Assembly (NCBI GenBank): GCA_038087875.1
Contig: CM075979.1
Span: 61,070,001 to 61,134,000, forward strand
Direction: 5' to 3'
DNA: 64,000 nt
Origin: Malacoraja senta
Lineage: Eukaryota
The position numbers and the translations under genes were made by a program. The notes under the pieces were generated by a model, which was not told the DNA's origin, did not search any database, and saw only the letters and a list, made by a program, of their open reading frames with translations. Positions 13,413-25,092 of the stretch are shown here, in pieces; positions within the stretch are counted from its first letter, which is position 1, and the number at the start of each line of letters is the position of its first letter.

Positions 13413-15045
13413 CAGTGTCCATAATGTTTGGGACAAAGACCATCATTTATTTACTTGCCTCTGTACTCCACAATTTGAGATTTGTAATAGAAAAAAAAAT
13501 CACACGTGGTTAAAGTGCACATTGTCAGATTTTAATAAAGGCCATTTTTACACATTTTGGTTTCACCAGGTAGAAATTACAGCAGTGTTTATACATAGCT
13601 CCCCCATTTCAGGGCACCATAATTCAGATTCAGATTATTTAATGTTTGGGACACAGCATGTGTCATGTAAATGAAAGTAGTCATGTTTAGTATTTTGTTG
13701 CATGTTCTTTGCATGCAATGACTGCTTGAAGTCTGCAATTCATGGACATTACCAGTGCTGGGTGTCTTATCTGGTGATGCTGCCAGGCCTGTATTGCAGC
13801 CATCTTTAGCTTATGCATTTTTTGGAGGCTAGTCCCCTTCAATTTTCTCTTCAGCATATTAAAGGCATGCTCAATTAGGTTCAGATCGGGTGATTGACTT
13901 GACCACTTGACCATTTTTTAGCTTTGAAAAACTCCTTTGGTGCTTTAGCAGTATGTTTGGGATCATTGTCTTGCTGTAGAATGAATCACCGGCCAATGTG
14001 TTTTGAGGCATTTGTTTGAACTTGAGCAGATAGGATGTGTCTATACACTTCAAAATTCATTATGCTACTACCATCACTAGTTGTATCATCAATGAAGATA
14101 AGTGAGCCAGTACCTTCGGCCAAGGCCATAAAACCCCCACCACTGTTTCACATATGAGGTGGTATGCTTTGGATCTTGGGCATTTCCTTCTCTCCTCCAT
14201 ACTTTGCCCTTGCCATCACTCTGAAATAAGTTAATCTTCATCTTATCTGTCCACAGACCCTTTTCCAGAACTGTGGTTGCTCTTTTAAGTACTACTTGGC
14301 AAACTGTAACCTGGCCATCCTATTTTTGTGGCTAACCAGTGGTTTGCATCTTGCAGTGTAGCCTCTGTATTTCTGTTCTTGAAGTCTTCTGCGGACAGTG
14401 GTCATTGACAAATCCACACCCGACTCCTGAAGAGTGTTTCTGATTTATCACACAACTGTTTGGGGATTTTTCTTTATTATAGAGAGAATTCTTCTGTCAT
14501 CAGCTGTGGAGGTCTTCCTTGGCCTGCCAGTCCCTTTGTGATTAGTAAGCTCACCAGTACTCTCTTTCTTCTTAATTATTTCCAAACAGTTGATTTTGGT
14601 AGGCCTAAGGCTTGGCTGATGTCTCTAACAGTTTTATTCTTGGTTCTCAGTCTTATAATGGCTTCTTTGACTTTCATTGGTCCTCATGTTGATTATCAGC
14701 AATAAAAGTTTCCAAAGGTGATGGAAAGACTGGAGGAAATACTGGATACTGAAAGCTCTCTTATACCTGCAATAAGGAGACAATTAAACACACCTGAGCA
14801 ATTACAAAGACCTGTGAAGCCATGTGTCCCAAACATTATGGTGCCCTGAAATGGGAGGGTCTATGTATAAACACAGCCGTAATTTCTACATGGTGAAACC
14901 AAAATGTATAAAAATGGCCTTTATTAAAATCTGACAATGTGCACTTTAACCACATGTGATTTTTTCACATGTGTCTCAAATTGTGGAGTACAGAGGCAAA
15001 TAAATTAATGATGGGTCTTTGTCCCAAACATTATGGAGGGCACTG
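13413..15045 (-). mobile_element. Tc1/mariner DNA transposon, IR/DR type, full length, transposase disrupted
   Basis: TA|CAGTG...CACTG|TA; inverted repeats of about 220-240 bp, each holding two copies of cataatgtttgggaca; minus-strand transposase motifs QQDNDPKHTAK and WSSQSPDLNLIEH; frameshifted. Confidence 0.93.
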
Positions 15046-15938
15046 TAATTAAAGCTCCCTTGAGTCTATTCTCCTTCAAAAAAACATTAAGCCTCTAAAA
15101 TCGATTCACCAAGCTATAATGTGTTTTAGCATCCTTGTCAAAGCAATTTTCCATCCAGTCATCCACTTCTTTTTCAAACTAACTGAATGCTTTGGTATAT
15201 CACAAGAGTTGAGTTAGAACACAAAACTTTAAAAACATTTTAGCTTTGAACTCTGGACAATTTTACTGCATGTATCCATTTCTGTTAGGTTTGAGACAAT
15301 CAATGCTTATTTCGACTTAAAACCTGTCTACCAGCAGAGCAGGGAGATTATCCGCATCAGTCTAAGCGGAAATCAAACTCAGGCTAGTCCTTCTGAAAGA
15401 AATTAGCACCTCCAAATATATAACTTCCATCAATTTTCTTCTTTCCCTTAAGATAAAATGGTGTTATGTGAAATTAGCTGAAACAGGTAGCTTAATCATG
15501 CTGTCCAAAAATATACACCTGCAGAATAACTATTCTTTATTATTCTAACCCGGATCCCTGACACTGTGAGGCAGCAGCTCTACCTGCTGCACCACTGTGA
15601 TGATCTGTGCATTTTGATTCCCTGAAATTAACATTTTTTTCTCTGCTGACCACGTCTGAAAAATTCATTCACCCGGACGGTGCAATGGTTGTAGTTATTT
15701 TGTATCAATGCAATGCTGACAGTAAAGCAAAATGTGCAGAATAATTCAGCACTGCCGATTATTTCCAGAAATCAGAATCAGGCGCCGATAGCAGGTGGAA
15801 ATGCAGCGTTCCCCTCCATCATGAGCACACACACACATTTTAGTTTAAGAAGGAACTGCAGAAGCTGGAAAATCAAAGGTAGACAAAAATGCTGGAGAAA
15901 CTCAGCGGGTGAGGCAGCATCTATGGAGCGAAATAGAC

Positions 15939-15966
15939 AACGTTTCGGGTCGAAACCCTTCTTCAG
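15939..15966 (-). ncRNA. Minimal hammerhead ribozyme motif, sense to the TRHDE intron
   Basis: CUGAAGA-A-GGGU(UUCG)ACCC-GAA-ACGU-U. Confidence 0.7.
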
Positions 15967-15971
15967 ACGAG

Positions 15972-16170
15972 TTTTAGTTTAGTTCCGAGGAAACAGGCCC
16001 TTCGGCCCACCGAGCCTGCACCGACCCGCAATCCCCGTACACCAACACTATTCTACATGCTAGGGAATCCTACACTCGAGGGACAATCTACAACTTCTTT
16101 ATCAAAGCCAATTAACGAACGAACCCGGGTCTCTGGCGCTGTCAGGCAGCAACACTACCGCTGCACCTTG
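15972..16170 (-). mobile_element. HE1-like V-SINE with internal deletion
   Basis: Tail and tRNA head present; V-domain missing. Confidence 0.65.
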
Positions 16171-16792
16171 TAAAACTTGGTTTTGTATAAAATATATTGC
16201 GATTTATTTTCCGACGCCTGAAAGACTCAATGATCCACCTCATTAGTATCCGTTTTCAAAGACATTGCCAGGATACTTGTCGGAGTAATGTAGCTCTGTG
16301 ATGTTTAGTTTTCCCATTGTGTAAGCAACTGTGTTAGCAGCAGAAGATAGTCACAAAATTCTGAAGCAACTCAGCGGGTCAGGCAGCATCTCTGGAGAAA
16401 AGGAATAGGTGACGTTTCGGACCGGAACCCTGCTTCAGACCTGGCTCTGTCGTAGCCAACTAAACATAGGTGCAACCACACCAGGCATAAAACCAACCAT
16501 ATAGACTTCCTTCCACTCACCTGGTAACCTTGTGGTTGCGGTGCAATGATAATGGAACTGTTAACTAACAGCAATTAATCTCCATCAATTTGTCCACATC
16601 ATGACATACTTTGTTTAACACCAATGAAGCACTGATTTTGGGAGGTTTTCCTCACTGTGCCCTGATATGTTCAGGGTTGCACCTTACTATATAACATTTT
16701 CTATTAAAATTCAAAATTAAAATAACTTTTTTAAAATTGCTATTTAAAATGTTACTCAGTGCTATTTAGGGTGATCAATAAATCTATACGTG

Positions 16793-17030
16793 TACAAAGG
16801 AACTGCAGATGCTGGTTTATATTGATGTAGCCACAAAATGCTGGAGTAACTCAAAGGATCAGGCAGCATCTCTGGAGAAAAGGAATAGGTGGCACTTAAT
16901 CAGAAGGGTCTGATCTGAAACGTGACCTGTTCCTTTTCTCCAGAGATGCTGCCTGTCCCGCTGAGTTGCTCCAGCACTTTGTGTCTATCTTTGGTATAAA
17001 CCAGAATCTGCAGTTCTTCGTTACTACATT
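16793..17030. mobile_element. Fold-back Penelope-derived unit
   Basis: aaaggaactgcagatgctggtttata ... tataaaccagaatctgcagttcttc inverted arms around a decayed core. Confidence 0.7.
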
Positions 17031-17236
17031 TTAAGTTACACCAGCACTTTGTGTCATTTTAAGTCACGAGTAAAGAGTGTTTTATCATCATATGTCCCAA
17101 ACCATATTCATACATACTTCTGAAGAAGGGTCTCGACCCGAAACATCGCCCATTCCTCTTCTCCAGAGATACTGCCTGTCCTGCTGAGTTACACCAGCGT
17201 TTTGTGTCTATCTTACATACATACAAATATATATTG

Positions 17237-17295
<59 letters not shown>
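17237..17295 (+). repeat. (GATA)n microsatellite
   Basis: About 14 perfect GATA units. Confidence 0.95.
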
Positions 17296-17296
<1 letters not shown>

Positions 17297-17467
17297 GCAC
17301 ACACACTCCTACACACACATACAGTTAACTTTTTTTTCCATTTATTATATTGTTAACAGAGTACTATGTTTACATATTCAGTGGTGCTGCTGGAAGTAAG
17401 AATTTCATTGTTCTGTTTGGGACATATGACAATAAAACACTCTTACATACTCAATAAAACATTATGG

Positions 17468-17468
<1 letters not shown>

Positions 17469-17526
<58 letters not shown>
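17469..17526 (+). repeat. (TA)n microsatellite
   Basis: About 29 TA units, about 210 bp downstream of the TRHDE exon donor. Confidence 0.95.
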
Positions 17527-17532
<6 letters not shown>

Positions 17533-17733
17533 AACCAAGCCAATAATAATTGTACACCAACTATATTCTACACCACTAAACAATGTTTCACCTCGCTTTC
17601 TGGATCCCCATCATAAAAACCAGCAAGACAGGCCACAACTTAATTGGTCTACATTTTGATCCCCATTTCCCCCAAGCTTACTGTTTGCCAATAGGCCACG
17701 GTCGTAGTTAGCTTTTAACTTTTAGTGACATAC

Positions 17734-18449
17734 CTCCTCTCCCCGGCTGTTACATACGAGCTCCGGAAGAAGCCGAGCAGTTCGTCTGCAATGTGAGCGC
17801 CGTGGTTTACTGTCACGGTATAGCGCTGGTGTGCCTTGAGGTCGTGAGTCAGAATAATCACCAACACTTGATTTTGCGGATATAAGAAATATCTTCTGAC
17901 CCCGAGAGGGGCAGATCTGTTTGCAACAGTCACCTCTACCCCTTTAATCCTCAGCTTGTCCGCATGCAGCACGATGTACCGAGTGGACTTCACGCAGTCT
18001 ATCTGAATGCTGACAACTCCGGTGAAAGTAAAGTTGTCCATGAAAACAGTCATGTTCAGATCGTAATGGGAGGGTTTGACAGAGGCGGGCAATCTCAGCT
18101 GAGCCCACGGCTGCCGGGCGGTCTTGCTGCGATTGGGGTTACTGGAGCTCTCTCTCCCGTTATACGCCGTGGTGTTCCCTACTCTGGCGCTACTTTCATT
18201 GCCACACTCCTCAAACTTCACACTCAGAAGCACCGCTATGATGGTGACAATAATAAGACCCAGGATGGAAATGGCAAACCCTAGCACAAGTCTCCTGTGC
18301 ACCGTGATGTGCCGCTCGGTGGTCCGAGGTCGAACCACCACCGAATCGGCCCACTGATCCGACAACCCCCTGCCGTTCCTCATGGAGTCCTCCTCGATCA
18401 CCATCTGCGTGAAAGACATGCTTTTGTCCCGCTTATCTTCCAAAGCCAT
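17734..18449 (-). CDS. TRHDE: Thyrotropin-releasing hormone-degrading ectoenzyme (pyroglutamyl peptidase II, M1 aminopeptidase), first coding exon
   Basis: Translation contains GLSDQWADSVVVRPRTTERHITVHRRLVLGFAISILGLIIVTIIAVLLSVKFEECG, matching the TRHDE cytoplasmic tail and type II signal anchor. It continues into the M1 N-terminal domain (PWAQLRLP..P.HYDL...YIVLHA...ELLGFFRSSYV..GERR). ATG at 18449-18447; donor AG|GTATGT (GT at 17733-17732), phase 2. No downstream TRHDE exon recognised in 1-17733. Confidence 0.96.
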
Positions 18450-19047
18450 CAGACTCCGCCAGCGCTGCTCTTTTAAAAGGCGCAGATTACGAGAGGAAAC
18501 AAAAAAAATGCTTTGCCTGCCAATCTAACTCAGGTGACCTGAACGGGGAAGAGAATACAACCTTCTGATGTTAAGATTGTCTTGTAAGCATTTAGCACCG
18601 CCCGCCCCCAAGATCAATAACGTGAAAGATCCGAGGCTCTTGGTTCAATTGGAGTTCAATTTCACTTGTCACTTTCCGCTACAAACTTCAGATATATTTA
18701 CGGTTCTGCGTTTTATTCTTTTTCAAGGTGGGTGAAGAATCAGGGCACTGCTGCAGCAAGTCACCGTTTCTACTGCCAACTAAACAACTGGAAGCTGGGC
18801 GGTTAAGACTCCACGTTGCTCCATGTTCCCCGGACGACCCTCCAAATGCAAGTAACACTCGTCAAGGTAACACCTGTCGCATCTCTCCATCTACAACCTG
18901 TTTAAAAAAAACGAGATTCAATTGAGTTGAGACGTCAGGGCGAATACTGAAATAGTTGTGTGGGGATCTTATCGGCAGCAAGGATAGACACAAAATGCTG
19001 GAGTAACTCGGCGGGTCAGACAGCATCTCTGGAGAGCAGGAATAGGT

Positions 19048-19075
19048 GACGTTTCGGGTCGAGACCCTTCTTCAA
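19048..19075 (-). ncRNA. Minimal hammerhead motif (C3U variant) between the TRHDE promoter and first coding exon
   Basis: UUGAAGA-A-GGGU(CUCG)ACCC-GAA-ACGU-C, inside the fold-back unit at about 18982-19190. Confidence 0.6.
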
Positions 19076-19779
19076 ACACGAAACGTCGCCTATTCCTTCT
19101 CTGCAAAGATACCGTCTGACCCGCTGAGTTGCTCCAGATTTTTGTGTCTATCTTCGGTTTAAACCGGCATATGCAGTTCCTTCCTACACAGATCATAACG
19201 CAACCTGGCTTCGGACTCAAACCTGCACTGTTTGTGATTAAATAAAAATCTGTCATATTTAACTTAAAAGAGCTTTGTCCCCAAAGCTTGCAGGGAAACT
19301 AAAAAAAAAAGACAAGAGTGACATCAATACTAACGACTTGCACAAAGTGCAACACGATCCAAAATGGTAACACGGACGCACATCAGAACACAGCATTAAA
19401 GAAAATACATCTTAGCATGTACTGCATCACCGAACCCCGGTCGCCTGCTGCACAGCCTGCCTGCCTGTCCCTTGCTCTGATGACCCTTCCAAAACTGTCA
19501 GGATAAGGCAAGAGACACAGAGCAGAGATAAATGCGTTTGCCTTGCCTGGATGCCGGCGTGCATCCAGCTCCGCTACAACATAGCAGAGTAGATTATATC
19601 CCAGCCACCACCATTAACTGTCCATTCATTTGCAAATACCTTTCAAAATAACATCACAGCGAATGCCATTCACACGCTCACAATTTACACAGGGGCACAT
19701 CAATAAGAAGCACTTTAAAAAAAGTCACGAACAGAAACGTTCACAATTCTCTCTGCAGAATTGCCAGTCCAAGAGAAAG

Positions 19780-20010
19780 CGAGGTGTCTTTGTGATCGGG
19801 TTGAGGAGGAAGTTTCCCGATTGCGTGCGGTGCGGTGCGGGCAGCACTCTCCCTCCCTCCCTCTCTCTCTCGCCGCCCCGCATTGGATTGTCCCCGTGTT
19901 CCCGCTGCACCGTTTGTGCCCGAGGGCGGTTGGCAAGCGGTCGCAGCCGCTCTCTTGATCCGCCCACAATCTCTCCGACGTCAGCGGACTGCCTCCCCCC
20001 CCCCCCCACC
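19780..20010 (-). promoter_or_regulatory. Probable TRHDE CpG-island promoter
   Basis: Non-repeat, CpG-dense stretch in a CpG-depleted background, about 1.4 kb upstream of the TRHDE ATG. GC boxes (GGGCGG near 19873-19878 on - and 19924-19929 on +), CCAAT on - near 19882-19886, and a CRE-like TGACGTCG on - near 19976-19983. Confidence 0.6.
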
Positions 20011-21355
20011 CCCACAACACATGTGGACAGGGGCACTGACATCTCTACCCCACATACCAATCACAGCCACCATGGCAATTACTGATCTGCTGCAGTTGAG
20101 TATTTTTAGAAATGCCACCCACTCGCTTAAATTAACCGTGTCGTTAATAAAACCCTAAGTAAGTTTTAAAACTTGCAAGATAAAGCTGTAAACGATTCTT
20201 GGTTTACTTAGCACCTCTCATAGAGTGATGCAGCGTGGAAACAGGCCCTTCGGCCCAACTTGCCCATGCCGACCAACATGCCCAATCTACACTAGTCCCA
20301 CCTGCCTGTGTTTGGTCAATATCCCTCCGAACCTGTCCTATCCATGTACCTGTCTAAATGTTTCTTAAATGCTGCAATTGTCCCTGCCTCAACTACCTCT
20401 GGCAGCTCGTTCCATGCACCCACCACCCTTTGTGTGGAAAAAGTTACCCCTCAGATTCCTATTAAATCTTTCCCTCCTCACCCTCTCCTATAACCGTCGG
20501 GATCAGAAGATCATGTATAACTATTTGCATCTATAGAATTGGAGAGACGGATGGCTCCAAAATGACTGGCCCTAACATGTCAAATCAAAATGCAATGGCT
20601 GAATTAGCCAAGAATTAGGCTAAACCGCACAATGTGTAGGAAGGAACTGCAGATGCTGGTTTATACCAAAACTCAGTGGTGACCCTCGGACTATCTTTGA
20701 TCAGACTTTACTGGCTTTATCTTGAACTAAACGTTATACCTTTATCATGTCTCTGTACACTGTGAATGGCTGATGGCTCGACTGTAATCATGTATTATCT
20801 TTCTGCATGCAACAAAAGCATTTCACTGTACCTCGGCACATGTGACAAGAAACTAAACTGAACTGAAACTGAGCTGAACTGAACTGAGTTAGACACCGAA
20901 GTTGGATAGATACCGAAGTCTGAAGCAGGGTCTCTGGAGATGCAGCCTGATCCGCTGAGTTATTCCAGCATTGTGTGTCTATTTCCAGAAAGGAACTCTA
21001 CGATGTCCTATTTATTGGCGCATCTGTCAATTTTCATCTTCTGTGCATCGAAGTCACTCAACCCAAATAATTAACTAAATATTGTGCACCTTGTGTGTGC
21101 TCCTCCTCGTAGCTCTGCCATGGGTGGGTAGCAGGGAACTCTGCACTGATGCATGGCCGCAGCTGGCACCTGGCCACATGCTCTCATTCTCAGCACCCAT
21201 GGCAGTGCCTGAGGCATGTCTTCCCACCCAGCCAGACTTGATCCCCCCGTCTAGAAACAAAGAACTGCAGATGCTGCCTTACACAAAATGACACAAAGTG
21301 CTGGAGTAACTCAGCAGGTCAGGCAGCATCAATGGGTAGGAGATACTTCGGGTCA

Positions 21356-24300
21356 TAGAAACATAGACATAGAAACATAGAAAATAGGTACAGGAGTAGG
21401 CCATTCGGCCCTTCGAGCCTGCACCGCCATTCAATATGATCATGGCTGATCATCCAACTCAGTATCCTGTACCTGCCTTCTCCCCATACCACATGATCCC
21501 TTTAGCCACAAGGGCCACATCTAACCCCCTCTTAAATATAGCCAATGAACTGGCCTCAACTACCTTCTCTGGCAGAGAATTCCACAGATTCACCACTCTC
21601 TGCGTAAAAAATGATTTTCTCATCTCGGTCCTAAAAGACTTCCCCCTTATCCTTAAACATTGACCCCTTGTTCTGGACTTCCCCAACATCGGGAATAATC
21701 TTCCTGCATCTAGCCTGTCCAACCCCTTAAGAATTTTGTACGTTTCTATAAGATCCCCCCTCAATCTTCTAAATTCTAGCGAGTACAACCCGAGTCTATC
21801 CAGTCTTTCTTCATATGAAAGTCCTGCCATCCCAGGAATCAGTCTGGTGAACCTTCTCTGTACTCCCTCTATGGCAAGAATGTCTTTCCTCAGATTAGGA
21901 GACCAAAACTGTACGCAATACTCCAGTTGTGGTCTCACCAAGACCCTGTACAACTGCAGTAGAACCTCCCTGCTCTTATACTCAAATCCTTTTGCGATGA
22001 ATGCTAACATAACATTCGCTTTCTTCACTGCCTGCTGCACCTGCATGCCTACTTTCAATGACTGGTGTACCATGACACCCAGGTCTCGTTGCATCTCCCC
22101 TTTTCCTAATCGGCCACCATTCAGATAAAAGTCTACTTTCCTGTTCTTGCCACCAAAGTGGATAACCTCACATTTATCCACATTATACTGCATCTGCCAT
22201 GCATTTGCCCACTCACCCAACCTATCCAAGTCACCTTGCAGCCTCCTAGCATCCGCCTCACACTGCCCCCCCAGCTTCATGTCATCCGCAAACTTGGAGA
22301 TGTTGCATTCAATTCCCTCATCCAGATCATTAATATACTGTATATTGTAAATAGCTGGGGTCCCAGCACTGAGCCTTGCGGTACCCCACTAGTCACTGCC
22401 TGCCATTCTGAAAAGGACCCGTTTACTCCTACTATTTGCTTCCTGTCTGCCAGTCAGTTCTCTATCCACATCAATACTGAACCCCCAATGTGCTTTAAGT
22501 TTGCATACTAATCTCTTATGTGGGACCTTGTCGAAAGCCTTCTGAAAGTCCAGATATAACACATCCACTGGTTCTCCCTTATCCACTCTACTAGTTACAT
22601 CCTCGAAAAATTCTATAAGATTCGTCAGACATGATTTACCTTTCGTAAATCCATTCTGACTTTGTCCAATGATTTCACCACTTTCCAAATGTGCTGCTAT
22701 CCCATCTTTAATAACTGACTCTAGCAGTTTCCCCACTACCGATGTTAGACTAACTGGTCTGTAATTCCCTGTTTTTCCCTCCCTTTTTAAAAAGTGGGGT
22801 TACATTAGCTACCCTCCAATCCTCAGGAACTACTCCAGAATCTAAAGAGTTTTGAAAAATTATCACTAATGCATCCACTATTTCTGGGGCTACTTCCTTA
22901 AGTACTCTGGGATGCAACTAATCTGACCCTGGGGTTTTATCGGCCTTTAATCCATTCAATTTACCTAACACCACTTCCCGGCTAACCTGGATTTCACTCA
23001 GTTCCTCCATCTCATTTGACACCCGGTCCCCTGCTATTTCCGGCAGATTATTTATGTCTTCCTTAGTGAAGACAGAACCAAAGTAGTTATTCAATTGGTC
23101 TGCCATGTCCTTGTTCCCCGTGATCAATTTGCCTGTTTCTGACTGCAATGGGCCTACCTTTAATTAATCTTTTTCTCTTCACATATCTATAAAAACTTTT
23201 GCAGTCAGTTTTTATGTTCCCTGCCAGTTTTCTTTCATTATCTATTTTCCCTTTCCTAATTAAGCCCTTTGTCCTCCTCTGCAGGACTCTGAATTTCTCC
23301 CAGTCCCCTGGTAGGCTGTTTTTTCTGGCTAATTTGTATGCTTCATCTTTTGTTTTGATACTATCCCTGATTTCCCTTGTTATCCATGGATGCACTACCT
23401 TCCCTGATTTATTCTTTTGCCAAACTGGGATGAACAATTGTTGTAGTTCATCCATGCAGTCATTAAATGCCTTCCATTGCCTATCCACCGTCAACCCTTT
23501 AAGAATCAATTGCCAGTCTATCTTGGCTAATTCACGTTTCATACCCTCAAAGTTACCTTTCTTTAAGTTCAGGACCCTTGTTTCTGAATTAACAATGTCA
23601 CTCTCCATCCTAATGAAGAACTCAACCATATTATGGTCACTCTTGCCCAAGGGGCCACGCACAACAAGACTGCTAACTAACCCTTCCTCATTACTCAATA
23701 CCCAGTCTAGAATAGCCTGCTCTCTCGTTGGTTCCTCTACATGTTGGTTTAGAAAACTATCCCGCATCCATTCCAAGAAATCCTCTTCCTCAGCACCCCT
23801 TCCAATTTGATTCACCCAATCTATATGTAGATAGAAGTCACCCATTATAACTGTTTTGCCTTTGTTGCACGCATTTCTAATTTCCTGTTTGATGCCATCC
23901 CCAACTCCACTACTACTGTTAGGTGGCCTGTACACAACTCCCACTAGCGTTTTCTGCCCCTTAGTGTTTCGCAGCTCTACCCATATCGATTCCACACCCT
24001 CCAAGCTAATGTGCTTCCTTTCTATTGCATTAATCTCCTCTCTAACCAGCAACGCTACCCCACCTCCTTTTCCTTTCTGTCTATCCCTCCTGAATATTGA
24101 ATATCCCTGAATGTTCAGCTCCCAGCCTTGGTCACCCTGGAGCCATGTCTCCGTGATCCCAACTATATCATATTCATTAATAACTATCTGCACATTCAAC
24201 TCATCTACCTTATTACGAATGCTCCTTGCATTGAGACACAAAGCCTTCAGGCTTGTTTTTACAACACTCTTACCCCTTATACAATTATGTTGAAAAGTGG

Positions 24301-25092
24301 CCCTTTTTGATTTTTGCCCTGGATTTATCTGCCTGCCAGTTTTACTTTTCACCTTGCTACCTATTGCTTCTACCCTCATTTTACACCCCTCTGTCTCTCT
24401 GCTCTTGCACCCATCCCCCTGCCACATTAGTTTAAATCCTCCCCGACAGCACTAGCAAACACTCCCCCAAGGACATTGGTTCCATTCCAGCCCAGGTGCA
24501 GACCGTCCTGTTTGTACTGGTCCCACCTCCCCCAGAACTGGTTCCAATGCCCTAGAAATTTGAATCCCTCCCCCTTGCACCATTTTTCAAGCCACGTATT
24601 CATCTGCAATATCCTCCTATTATTACTCTGACTAGCCCGTGGCACTGGTAGTAATCCAGAGATTGTTACCTTTGAGGTTCTACTTTTAAGTTTATCTCCC
24701 AGCTCCCTAAATTCACCTTGTAGGACCTCATCCCGTTTTTTACCTATATCGTTGGTGCCAATGTGCACCACGACAACTGGCTGTTCACCCTCCCTCTCCA
24801 GAATGTTCTGCAGCCATTCAGTGACATCCTTGACCCTTGCACCAGGGAGGCAACATACCATCCTGGAGTCTCCTTTGCGGCCACAGAAACGACTATCTAT
24901 TCCCCTTACAATTGAATCCCCTATTACTATAGCCCTTCCACTCTTTTTCCTCCCCTCCTGTGCCGCAGAGCCACCCATGGTGCCATGAACTTGGCTGCTG
25001 CTGCCTTCCCCTGATGAGCCATCTCCCCCAACAGTATCCAAAACGGTATATCTGTTTAGGAGGGAGATGACCGCAGGGGACTCCTGCACTAC
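21356..25092 (-). mobile_element. CR1 (HER1-like) LINE, about 3.7 kb, 5'-truncated within ORF1
   Basis: ORF1 25089-24427 has an SGNH esterase domain (VIGDSIVRG, CLPGARVKDV, VHIGTNDIG). ORF2 starts at 24427 with an AP endonuclease (LNARSIRNK, GITETW, GDF, SDH), then frameshifted RT (YLDFQKAFDKVPH) and the CR1 C-terminus (LVRPQLEYCVQFWSP). 3' tail of (TTCTATGT)-like repeats at 21356-21385. Splits a hammerhead unit at cgggtc|gagaccc. Confidence 0.95.

Noticed and set aside
17715-17733. TRHDE ORF extension YVTKS-stop as a short protein
   Set aside because: Read-through past a canonical GT donor at the expected exon end.
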